A DNA stretch of 64,000 nt from Gammaproteobacteria bacterium (lineage in GTDB: Bacteria > Pseudomonadota > Gammaproteobacteria > JBCCGL01), in contig OZ255836.1 of assembly GCA_965277715.1 (NCBI GenBank), positions 2,720,001-2,784,000 on the forward strand, in the 5' to 3' direction. Below, piece by piece: positions 53,378 to 62,814 of the stretch (position 1 is the stretch's first letter; each line of letters begins with the position of its first letter). The notes under the pieces were generated by a model. That model saw only the letters and a list, made by a program, of their open reading frames with translations. It was not told where the DNA came from and searched no databases. Made by a program: the position numbers and the translations under genes.

Positions 53378-56300
53378 TCAAAACCACGCTTTTAGAACGT
53401 GTTTTTTACTGACGCGCGTCTTAATACAAGGAAAACGCAGCCACAACGACAGTAGTAACAGCGTTAATAGACCAGTCAGTTCGATAATAGTCATGGCGCC
53501 ACCACCACCACCGCCGCCGCTGCTGCTGCTAGTGTCACTACCACTACCAACATTTCCGGGGTCAGCTATTTGACCATTGGTGGCATTATCCGCATCGTTG
53601 GGGCCACCATCAGTAATCGTTAGGCGTAAGCAGTTATTGCCTACCACTAGATTTGACTGCCAGCTGGCATCATCATAATCCGGGCAAGTACTCGTACCTA
53701 TACTCATCGTCGATGCCAATGCATCAGTGGCACCATTGCTATTGACTGTGGTGGTATCAAAATTTACCCAGCCCGAACGACCAGAATTAGTCAGTGCTAT
53801 GGGTAAATATTTTCGATAAACCGGGTTTATCGGTAGGGGCACACTGAGTGGAATAACCACATTGACCTGTTGACCGGCTACCGGCAGATTGAGCACTTCA
53901 AAGTCCACAATATCGCCGACACGCGATACGGTATCAGCAGGAAGAATTTCAGACCCAGAAGCATTCTGTGCCTGTGGTGTCACTGCCGCATTAAAACCCG
54001 TCGCGGCGCTTGAATTCGTGACAGCCGAGGCAAAGGCAATATTACCCAGACGTAAACTGACACCTGGCTCAGAGGTCACAAAACGAGACTCAGCCGTATC
54101 AATAGGCAGCAACTGGCTATTGTTATCCAGACGTTCAAGAAAGTTGGGCACCCGGTCACCGTCATCATCAGCCAGGCCCTCTGCCATATCGTCTTCTCCA
54201 TCGTTATCCCGATCCGAGCTGTTAGTCAAACCAGGGTCAGCCAATACCCTAAGCTGCAACTGCGTGCGTACTGTGGCAACACTATCCGAGACAGATAAGA
54301 TAACCACGGCAATACCTGCCTGGGCCGGAGCCGTAGCCATAACCGATGGAGTGTTGGTGTTCGGTACAACAATACCTGTGGAGGCACTCCAGTCATAGGT
54401 CAGGGTGTCGCCATTGGTATCTGTGGCATTGGCGTTGATAGTAATGGTACTCCCTGCCACAACAGATGAAACTGCTTTACTGCTGTTATTGATTGTGGAC
54501 GTTACTGTTAGTTCTGTTTGTGGTGCAATATTGTCGCTGATAACATTAATAGTCTGGGTACTATTAGCTCCGGAGGTAACCCGTTCAATAACCGGGTTTA
54601 TATTGTTATCGTTTTGTACAAATACCGCAGCGCTATTGTTCACCTGCAAAGTAATACTGCCAGTATTGGCACCAATGGCCAGGTTGATACGACTGCTCAA
54701 CTGATTTGGCGCAAAGCTGAAAGTGCCAGTACTGCTTACGGTATTGGTTGAGTTGCCGGTACTATTGGCTGTTATCCTATAGGGCACTGTCAAGGTGGAA
54801 GTACGATCAACCGGGTTACCGTTGAGGGTCAGAACCACGCTCGCCGTACCATTGGTGGACGTCGTGATATTTTCCGAATTAAAGGATACTCTCGGTATCA
54901 CATTAATAACCTGGGTTGCACCACCACCTAATGGCCAGTTGCCATTACTGTCTACGGCTATCCACCACAATGAGTGGGCGCCCGCTAACAGTAACAGGTT
55001 ATTGTTATTATCACGTCGCACAGCTTGACAAGCGGATGCAAAATTAGCGGGTAGAACTGTGCCAGTACACCGACCCGTACGAAAATAGGCTGAGGCAGGC
55101 ACAGTCAGTGTCGCTGAGGTTGACCCATTACTGTTGCTGGCAGTAGCAGCTGGCACGGCCGTGAAAACCGCCGTCGATATGACATTAACCGGTGTACTCA
55201 GGCTAATCACTGGGCGACTGTCACCAACCGACACCGTACTGTGATTGGAGATAGCAGGGTTTAAACCAATGCCCACTTCGACGACATCGGGTATACCATT
55301 ATTATTGGTATCGGTAGTTTGAGTCACATCAGCGCCATTGCCAATAAAGGTTTCCACATCATCGCTAATACCATCGGCATCACTGTCTGTAGCGCTACTA
55401 TCTGCGCTTTGTAGACTATCCGCGAGGCCGTCATTATCGACATCTACTGCCGACAATGTTCTGAACGTCGTGCTTGTGTAGTTGCTGCGATTGTTCTGCG
55501 TATCTGCCACAACAACGCTAATAGTATGAGAGTGGCCTGGCACCAAGTCACTAAAAGTGGCGCTGGTCGCTGATACTGACAATGTTTGGATACTATTGGT
55601 TATGGTATCGGTTACCGTCACCGTATAAGTCACTGGATTGGCATCGGTCGCAGCGTTCCAATTGATAGCCACCCCATTGGGTGTCGCTGTCACTGTGAGC
55701 GTAGTATCTGCGGGTAAGACGGGCGCATCTCTATCTGCTGGGGCGATATTAACGGTGATGCTAGGGGTGGTGGTCAAGTTGCCGCCATTGCCATCATTGC
55801 CACTGATAGTAATACTTGTGGCGGTTGTATTGTTTAGCGCCGTTGTATAACTCACATTGGACGTGGTATCCAAAAAGGTATTGAGATTGGCTGGGCTACC
55901 GGCAAGGATCAAGCCAGCTGTTCCCGAACCGCTGACAGTCACACCACCTGAGGTGCCATTACCCGATGCGGCGGCTAAGGTGCCTGAGGCAGCCGTCAAG
56001 GTAATGGTTAGGGCATCGCCATCAATATCGGCAAAGGTAGTGGCAGATAAATTGATAGTCGTCGCTACATTTTCAATCACCATTACCGTTGCAGGCGTAC
56101 CGGTGATGGTGGGTGCATCATTCGCTGGAGTGATATTAACGGTGATGCCAGGGTTGGTGGTCAAGTCACCACTATTGCCATCATTGCCAGTGATAGTAAT
56201 GCTTGTGGCGGCTGTATTGTTTAGCGCCGTTGTATAGGCCACATTGGTGGTGGTATCTAAAAAAGTATTGAGATTGGCTGGGCTACCGGCAAGGATCAAG

Positions 56301-58219
56301 CCAGCTGTTCCCGAACCGCTGACAGTCACGCCTGCGGCGGTGCCATTGCCCGATGCGGTGGCTAAGGTGCCCGAAGCAGCCGTCAAGGTGATGGTCAGGG
56401 TATCGCCATCGACATCGGCAAAGGTACTGGCAGATAAATCGATATCAGTGGCTATATCTTCAGTCACCGTGACCATTGCGGGCGTACCGGTGATGGTGGG
56501 TGCATCATTCGCTGGAGTGATATTAACGGTGATGCCAGGGTTGGTGGTCAAGTTGCCGCCATTGCCATCATTGCCACTGATAGTAATACTTGTGGCGGTT
56601 GTATTGTTTAGCGCCGTTGTATAACTCACATTGGTGGTGGTATCTAAAAAAGTATTGAGATTGGCTGGGCTACCGGCAAGTACCAGAGCAGCTGTTCCCG
56701 AATCGCTGACAGTCACACCACCTGAGGTGCCATTACCCGATGCGGCGGCTAAGGTGCCTGAGGCAGCCGTCAAGGTGATGGTTAGGGCATCGCCATCAAT
56801 ATCGGCAAAGGTGCTGGTAGATAAATCGATACTAGTCGCTACATCTTCAGCCACCGTTACCGTTGCAGGCGTACCGGTGATGGTGGGTGCATCATTCGCT
56901 GGGGTGATATTAACGGTGATGCCAGGGTTGGTGGTCAAGTCACCACTATTGCCATCATTGCCAGTGATAGTAATGCTTGTGGCAGTTGTATTGTTTAGCG
57001 CCGTGGTATAGGTCACATTGGTGGTGGTATCTAAAAAAGTATTGAGGTTGGCTGGGCTACCGGCAAGGATCAAGCTAGCTGTTCCCGAACCGCTAGCAGT
57101 TACGCCGCCTGAGGTGCCATTGCCCGATGCGGTGGCTAAGGTGCCCGAAGCAGCCGTCAAGGTGATGGTTAGGGTATCGCCATCGACATCGGCAAAGGTG
57201 CTGGCAGATAAATCGACATCAGTGGCTACATCTTCAGTCACCGTTACCATTGCGGGCGTACCGGTGATGGTGGGTGCATCATTCACTGCGGTGATATTAA
57301 CGGTGATACCAGGGGTGGTAGTCAAGTTGCCACCATTACCATCACCACCACTGATAGTAATGCTTGTGGCGGTTGTATTGTTTAGCGCCGTTGTATAACT
57401 CACATTGGTGGTGGTATCTAAAAAAGTATTGAGATTGGCTGGGCTACCGGCAAGTACCAGAGCAGCTGTTCCCGAACCGCTGACAGTCACGCCTGCGGCG
57501 GTGCCATTACCTGATGCGGTGGCCAGAGTGCCTGAGGCAGCAGTCAGGGTCGCAGTTATAGTATTGTTTTCAGCATCAGCAAAAGTGCTGGCAGATAAGT
57601 CGATACTGGTGGCTACATCTTCAGTCACCGTTACCGACGCAGGCACACTCGTTATGGTTGGCGGCGTATTAGATACAAGCGCCCTGATATCGGATATGGT
57701 AAAACCGCTTAATACAGCGTTAACACTATCATTCGATCCCTGGAATGAGAGCGAAACCGAGAATTGGGTGATATTATCAAATCTACCTGCTGTAGTATCC
57801 AGGCTGACTACGTTTGACAATGAACTCGAACCGACCATAAAGGTTTCTTGTGCACCATTACTGGCATTAATCACAACATTCATGGTACGTGTACTTCCAA
57901 AATCGAAGGCCCGAATCTGATCCAGGTCAAACGTCGCAAGATCAGTATTATCTGCGGTAAATGTCCAAGTGTGCTCACTTATGCTGATATTAGTCTCTCT
58001 TGCCAAGCCATTAACAAAACCCGAGTTAGTCGAGCTGAAAGCTGCCATATCTCCTACTGACGTAAGACCAATGGTAAACCCGTCGTTCGTATTGCCGTTC
58101 GTGTTATTGGAATAGTAGGCTGCATCAGTATTGTGAACAGTGGGTATGGTGGCAAACGCACTGGTGCTCAAACTTGCCAAGAGCACACTAAAGGTAAGGA
58201 AACAGGGTTTTTTATACAT
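53378..58219 (-). CDS. Large repetitive surface protein/adhesin with a GlyGly-CTERM anchor
   Basis: Signal peptide; five 129-aa cadherin/Ig-like repeats (NDAPTI...FADxDGD); FN3-like domain; DxDxDG Ca-binding motifs; choice-of-anchor-U-like TITDGGPNDAD; GGGGGGG plus TM helix and basic tail. Confidence 0.87.
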   Translation of the reverse strand: MYKKPCFLTFSVLLASLSTSAFATIPTVHNTDAAYYSNNTNGNTNDGFTIGLTSVGDMAAFSSTNSGFVNGLARETNISISEHTWTFTADNTDLATFDLDQIRAFDFGSTRTMNVVINASNGAQETFMVGSSSLSNVVSLDTTAGRFDNITQFSVSLSFQGSNDSVNAVLSGFTISDIRALVSNTPPTITSVPASVTVTEDVATSIDLSASTFADAENNTITATLTAASGTLATASGNGTAAGVTVSGSGTAALVLAGSPANLNTFLDTTTNVSYTTALNNTTATSITISGGDGNGGNLTTTPGITVNITAVNDAPTITGTPAMVTVTEDVATDVDLSASTFADVDGDTLTITLTAASGTLATASGNGTSGGVTASGSGTASLILAGSPANLNTFLDTTTNVTYTTALNNTTATSITITGNDGNSGDLTTNPGITVNITPANDAPTITGTPATVTVAEDVATSIDLSTSTFADIDGDALTITLTAASGTLAAASGNGTSGGVTVSDSGTAALVLAGSPANLNTFLDTTTNVSYTTALNNTTATSITISGNDGNGGNLTTNPGITVNITPANDAPTITGTPAMVTVTEDIATDIDLSASTFADVDGDTLTITLTAASGTLATASGNGTAAGVTVSGSGTAGLILAGSPANLNTFLDTTTNVAYTTALNNTAATSITITGNDGNSGDLTTNPGITVNITPANDAPTITGTPATVMVIENVATTINLSATTFADIDGDALTITLTAASGTLAAASGNGTSGGVTVSGSGTAGLILAGSPANLNTFLDTTSNVSYTTALNNTTATSITISGNDGNGGNLTTTPSITVNIAPADRDAPVLPADTTLTVTATPNGVAINWNAATDANPVTYTVTVTDTITNSIQTLSVSATSATFSDLVPGHSHTISVVVADTQNNRSNYTSTTFRTLSAVDVDNDGLADSLQSADSSATDSDADGISDDVETFIGNGADVTQTTDTNNNGIPDVVEVGIGLNPAISNHSTVSVGDSRPVISLSTPVNVISTAVFTAVPAATASNSNGSTSATLTVPASAYFRTGRCTGTVLPANFASACQAVRRDNNNNLLLLAGAHSLWWIAVDSNGNWPLGGGATQVINVIPRVSFNSENITTSTNGTASVVLTLNGNPVDRTSTLTVPYRITANSTGNSTNTVSSTGTFSFAPNQLSSRINLAIGANTGSITLQVNNSAAVFVQNDNNINPVIERVTSGANSTQTINVISDNIAPQTELTVTSTINNSSKAVSSVVAGSTITINANATDTNGDTLTYDWSASTGIVVPNTNTPSVMATAPAQAGIAVVILSVSDSVATVRTQLQLRVLADPGLTNSSDRDNDGEDDMAEGLADDDGDRVPNFLERLDNNSQLLPIDTAESRFVTSEPGVSLRLGNIAFASAVTNSSAATGFNAAVTPQAQNASGSEILPADTVSRVGDIVDFEVLNLPVAGQQVNVVIPLSVPLPINPVYRKYLPIALTNSGRSGWVNFDTTTVNSNGATDALASTMSIGTSTCPDYDDASWQSNLVVGNNCLRLTITDGGPNDADNATNGQIADPGNVGSGSDTSSSSGGGGGGGAMTIIELTGLLTLLLLSLWLRFPCIKTRVSKKHVLKAWF
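55745..57670 (-). repeat. Five tandem 387-bp intragenic repeats
   Basis: Equivalent positions at 55857, 56244, 56631, 57018 and 57405 (period 387). Array ends approximate. Confidence 0.9.
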
Positions 58220-58339
58220 AGAGTCTGGCTCGTAATAGTTTTTTAAAATCGTTAAGGTCGCAGCAAGCTAGACTAGTTTTTCGATAATGTAAACTTAAAT
58301 AATGCTTTTTATGAAAGATGAATGAAAGGGGTCAGGCAA

Positions 58340-59905
58340 GAATGGCACTTCCTTAAGCTCTAAGTACATGAAAAATATGGAAGTATTTTCATTGTAAATG
58401 ACCTATTTCTGTTTTTTGGGATGGCCATATTTTTTAACAACACTTCTGGCCACGTTCCTTGGCTGCATCAATAAAGGATATGGTTTGGGTCTTCGTTTAA
58501 CCACTCTTGGTTCAATACGCCCCGGTCGATTACCCACACAGTTTTCTGCAATCAACGCACATAGCGCCAACACCTTATCACTACCCAGAGGGCTACTGCC
58601 TTTCTGATAACGATACGCTACCCAAATTTGTAACGTATGCTTAAAACTTATCTGTCGAGGCAGTATGTCCACTAGTAAGGCAGATTGCGCCATTAATAAG
58701 CGAATAAGGTTGTAAGCTAATATGTGTACCCACATTTCCTTCTCAACCATTTCTGGCGTCTTACAACGGAAGGTGTGCATCTTCATTGTCGTTTTTATAT
58801 GGCGTAAATCAAGTTCGACATGCCAGCGTTCTTTGTAGAGCTGTTTAAGCGCCTCTTTAGACGCCGATTTAACTGATAACAACGTTGTCACCAACAGTTT
58901 TTTACCCACTTTCAGTTCACGTATAACCACTTCATCAGCAGCCGCTTCATAGGCTTCTTCGCTCATCCACTCTGGTCTCTTCTTGGGCTTTGTATAACAA
59001 ATCAGGTGATCCTTCGATCCAAGCCTTTTGCCTTCTCGAAAATCTGTGGATTTACGCCGCGCACCATGCGGCTCAAATACACCGTCTACTCCTTGCTCTA
59101 TAAGGTTTGCTAGAAAAAAATAACCCGCAAAATAGGCATCACCCACCACAATATCACCCGGTTTAAGCGCATTTTGTATTTTTCTCAATAACGTTTGCTC
59201 ATCCGCTCCCTTACCTTTAAAAGGACCCATTGCCGCATCGAGAACACCACCACTGGCTAAACAAATAATTCCTACCCAGCGACAAAGAGGAAAACCGATC
59301 CCCACTTGCTGGCCTGACTGTTGCGGATAAACTACCTGATTTTCAGGCGTATCGGGCATTGTCACAGTGGTGCCGTCAACCAATTTAACTGAACGCCCTT
59401 GCCAGTGCCAGTGACTGGCCGCTTCATTCGCCACACACTCGCCTGTACAACGGGCAAGCCCTGAGACGAGGGGGGTTGGCAGCCTTTGTCGCGCTTTACA
59501 ATAACTCCCTGTATACGTATTACTCACTGATAAACCTTCACTTAATCGCTGTACAGCGAGTGTGTTGACAGCTTGTTGGCAGGACTGATCTGCACTCATT
59601 GTTTGGTATAAAAACAGCGATAAGGTGTCTAGAGGAGGATAGCGACGCGCTCGAAAATCCGGTTGTAATTCTTCCAGTTTCGTAAGTAACTGAGAGGATG
59701 TCAGCAAGTGATAAAAACTCAATGCATCCGAGGATTGAGCTCGGCTTTTGATGCGACGTTGAAGAATGTTGACTTTTACATTACTCTGCATGATGGCTGG
59801 TTCCTGTGGGATAAAGGGTATTTGTGTTGGCAATAAATAACCTACCATAGAACCAGCTTTTTTTGTAATTACTTCAAATACTTACAGCTTAAGGAAGTGC
59901 CATTC
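58340..59905 (-). mobile_element. IS4-family insertion sequence (IS-C)
   Basis: 19-bp TIR GAATGGCACTTCCTTAAGC at both ends; the flanks are not direct repeats. Confidence 0.92.
58403..59791 (-). CDS. IS4-family DDE transposase, apparently intact
   Basis: LVDGT, VGDAYF, YKERWHVELDLRHIK; start at 59791 or 59848. Confidence 0.92.
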   Translation of the reverse strand: MQSNVKVNILQRRIKSRAQSSDALSFYHLLTSSQLLTKLEELQPDFRARRYPPLDTLSLFLYQTMSADQSCQQAVNTLAVQRLSEGLSVSNTYTGSYCKARQRLPTPLVSGLARCTGECVANEAASHWHWQGRSVKLVDGTTVTMPDTPENQVVYPQQSGQQVGIGFPLCRWVGIICLASGGVLDAAMGPFKGKGADEQTLLRKIQNALKPGDIVVGDAYFAGYFFLANLIEQGVDGVFEPHGARRKSTDFREGKRLGSKDHLICYTKPKKRPEWMSEEAYEAAADEVVIRELKVGKKLLVTTLLSVKSASKEALKQLYKERWHVELDLRHIKTTMKMHTFRCKTPEMVEKEMWVHILAYNLIRLLMAQSALLVDILPRQISFKHTLQIWVAYRYQKGSSPLGSDKVLALCALIAENCVGNRPGRIEPRVVKRRPKPYPLLMQPRNVARSVVKKYGHPKKQK

Positions 59906-59916
59906 TAGCCTGACCC

Positions 59917-60124
59917 GAATGGCACTTCCTTAAGCTGTAAGTATTTGAAAGTATTGGTACTACATGCTTGGTTCAGATAACTTGGCATATGGTTCTTGAA
60001 AGCAATATTTGTAAAACTATCCCGGTTATCATTGGCGGCAACTTTCAAAATATCATTTTTTTTCTTAGAAATAATAAATAAACTCTTTACTATCAGTTGC
60101 TTACGTCTTAAGGAAGTGCCATTC
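59917..60124. mobile_element. 208-bp MITE-like derivative of IS-C
   Basis: Both ends read GAATGGCACTTCCTTAAG inward; no transposase. Confidence 0.82.
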
Positions 60125-60312
60125 GGGTCAATGCAGTTATTTCCTATACTTCTTGCTGGAAATCACTGTTTTTATCCGTATTAGTCGTTGTATGGTGAAT
60201 AATAAGCCTGATGGGATGGACCCGCTCCCTTTGAATCGGCATCACAATGTGCCAAGATTGAGCGGTAACACAACCAATCTATTATCACCTAATAAAAGGT
60301 AGGAGCGAGTCC

Positions 60313-61196
60313 ATGAACGAGAATATCACCCGATTGGGTATTGATCTAGCCAAAACTATTTTTCAAGTGTGTGGTGCTAATAAACACGGTAAAGTGGTGT
60401 TTAATAAAAAAACTTAAACGCGATCAGCTACCGTCTTATATCGCCAATGTACCGGCCTGTGAGGTGGTGATGGAAGCGTGTGCGACGTCCAGTTATTGGT
60501 CGCAGGTTTTCACACGCTACGGCCATACAGTCAAACTCATTAACCCAGCCTATGTACGCCCTTACGTTAAAACAAAGAAGAACGATGCAGCGGATGCAGA
60601 GGCGCTGTGTGAAGCAGCCTCACGTCCGAGTATGCGATTTGTTCAGCCCAAAACACCCGACCAACAAGACAGCCAATTACTCCACCGGGTGCGCAGTCGG
60701 CTAGTGTCAAAACGGACGAGTTTAAGTAATCAGATAAGAGGGTTACTGGGTGAGTATGGGCTGATTATTCCGGTGGGTATTCACCACGTTCACCAGCACT
60801 TGCCTGCGCTTTTAGAGGATGCTGAAAACGGGTGTAGGGCCTCTGGTCGCCACTGCTTTGTTTGTAGCAATGGGTGATCCGGGTTTTTATAAAAATGGGC
60901 GTGAGTTTTCCGCCTTTTTGGGTCTCGTTCCTCGTCAATATAGTTCGGGGGGCAAAACACAACTCAAAGGTATCAGTAAACGCGGAGACGAACACGTGCG
61001 CACTTTGTTGATACAGGGGGCGCAAGCGGCATTAAGTCGAATGCCTAAACACGATGATGGGCTAAGTCGTTGGGCCTGTCGTGTCAAAGCACGTCGGGGC
61101 CATTGTATGGCGGCGGTGGCATTGGCCAATAAGCTCGCCAGAATTAGCTGGGCGGTAGCGGCTAATAATACAACTTACGTGCATAAAACGGCTTAA
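60313..61196 (+). pseudogene. IS110 recombinase pseudogene
   Basis: MNENITRLGIDLAK start; frameshift in an A-run near 60405-60412; VMEAC and KNDAADAEA motifs; out-of-frame deletion near 60830; then GVGP...SSGGK...ANKLAR. Confidence 0.88.
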
Positions 61197-61483
61197 TAAC
61201 GTCGTTGAAGATTTCTTACCACGAGGTAGCGAAAGAGCAGTAAAGGGTATAACAGGTTAAACCGGCTCAGACAGAACCTGGAGGGGTCATGGTCTTCACA
61301 GACCGATTGCTTGATGAGGTGTCTGAGCACGGTTCCCATTATGGCTCTGGACGGATAAACAAATACGATCCGTCCTATCGAGAAGCCGGATATATGACTG
61401 CTAACCTTATTTACTGTGTCTGCTCTGAACGCTAAAAAATGAATAAACGATTAAAAAATTGTTGAATTTAACTGCGGGTCCAT
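61197..61483 (+). ncRNA. Putative bridge/seek RNA region of IS1111 copy 2
   Basis: Two stem-closed internal loops matching the target (GGGGTCA 61283-61289; TTGCTTGA 61307-61314) and the donor junction (TCCCATTAT 61334-61342; ATATATGA 61390-61397). Confidence 0.7.
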
Positions 61484-61608
61484 ATATGACCCCTTTTCTT
61501 TTCTTTCCCTTTTCCTTTCCAGATTAAAATACCCTCGATACTATTTTTTATTTCCAGAATTTTTTAGTGCCTTTATATAATGCCTGTCCTTAATCATTTC
61601 TTTTAGAC

Positions 61609-62805
61609 CTATTTTTTACTCTTGAACTCACCGTCAGACGAAGTTTTGACCTGCCCAGCGACTATTACCTCAATATCTCCATTGTCACCGGATGAACCAT
61701 CATTGCCTGACGATCCAGAGTTTCCTGGTGAGCCGTTAGACCCGACTCTTCCCGCTGACTTGCAAGGTCCACTAAGTGCTCCCTCAGCGCCTCCAGTTCC
61801 TTCATTACCGCCTGAACCACCCTTCCCATGAGAACCAGGCAAACCACCTTTTGTCACAATGGTTACCGAGCCTGATATTGATTGGGCTTCAACAAATGCT
61901 GGCCCACCATTACCGCCATTTCCTGCATTTCCACCTGCGCCTCCATCTCCTCCGTTTCCACCGTCGCCACCTTTTTTAGGGCCTTCTTGACAATCACCGA
62001 CATAGCCGATACTAATTCCTGCCAAAGACGGTTGTCCCTGACCACCATTTCCCCCATTACCACCTTTGCCTCCTCGGCCACCATTTCCGCCATTTTGGCC
62101 TCTGTTAGATATGATAATGTTTGCCGAGATATCGTTGGCAACTATCTTCACCTTTCCAGCCGATTGCCCCGATTGGCCCGAAGTACCATTATTTCCGTTT
62201 TCACCATTGCTCCCATCTTGGCCTGAGCCACCATTGCCATGCCTACCTTTCCTTCCATCTTCTACATTACCACCGTTTCCTGCTCGGCCCGGGGAATACG
62301 ACCTAATTTGTGCGCTGCCACCAATCAAGTTGTTCACTTTTAGTGAAACATCGAACCCGTTGGTAATCACTTCGCCTGTAAATTCATAATCAGAGGCGGG
62401 GTCGTTAACAATAAGTGGCGCATCAAGAGAAATGGCTGAAATGGTTTTAATCGGGGCCTTTACGATAATTAATTGTTTTTTTTGTATTGACTTGCTTCCG
62501 TCGCTAGCTATGACTTTTATTTCAAACTGACCAGGGACAGGAAAACTGAAATCGTATGTATTTAGGTCGCCTTCTGTTTGAAGTTCATTGTCCAGATACC
62601 AAGAGATTTTTATTTCGTCATTATCAGGATCAAAGGCGTTTGCATTTGCTACCACCCTCAGTGGTGCATCTCCTTTTGTCGCGCTTAACTCTATGCTTAA
62701 CTGTGGTGGCTCGTTGATGAGGCCTCGAATAATATCTGGCGCCAACCCAATCAATGCAGCAAGTACTCCGCCTCCGATTAATACACCGATGATGATTTTC
62801 TTCAT
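61609..62805 (-). CDS. Membrane-anchored PKD-domain protein with a collagen-like Gly-X-Y region
   Basis: N-terminal TM, GDAPLRV...DPDND...SW PKD-like domain, and long GxxGxxG runs. Confidence 0.8.
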   Translation of the reverse strand: MKKIIIGVLIGGGVLAALIGLAPDIIRGLINEPPQLSIELSATKGDAPLRVVANANAFDPDNDEIKISWYLDNELQTEGDLNTYDFSFPVPGQFEIKVIASDGSKSIQKKQLIIVKAPIKTISAISLDAPLIVNDPASDYEFTGEVITNGFDVSLKVNNLIGGSAQIRSYSPGRAGNGGNVEDGRKGRHGNGGSGQDGSNGENGNNGTSGQSGQSAGKVKIVANDISANIIISNRGQNGGNGGRGGKGGNGGNGGQGQPSLAGISIGYVGDCQEGPKKGGDGGNGGDGGAGGNAGNGGNGGPAFVEAQSISGSVTIVTKGGLPGSHGKGGSGGNEGTGGAEGALSGPCKSAGRVGSNGSPGNSGSSGNDGSSGDNGDIEVIVAGQVKTSSDGEFKSKK

Positions 62806-62814
62806 GATGTGCCC

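Larger units (their letters stand above)
60209..61486 (+). mobile_element. IS1111-type (IS110 family) element, copy 2
   Basis: IRs at 60216-60225 / 61474-61483, set 7 and 3 nt inside the ends; no TSD beyond the TGA core. Confidence 0.9.

Noticed and set aside
55638-57920. Series of 126-aa plus-strand ORFs as a repeated gene family or CRISPR-like array
   Set aside because: They are antisense shadows of the adhesin's 387-bp coding repeats, with no repeat-spacer structure.
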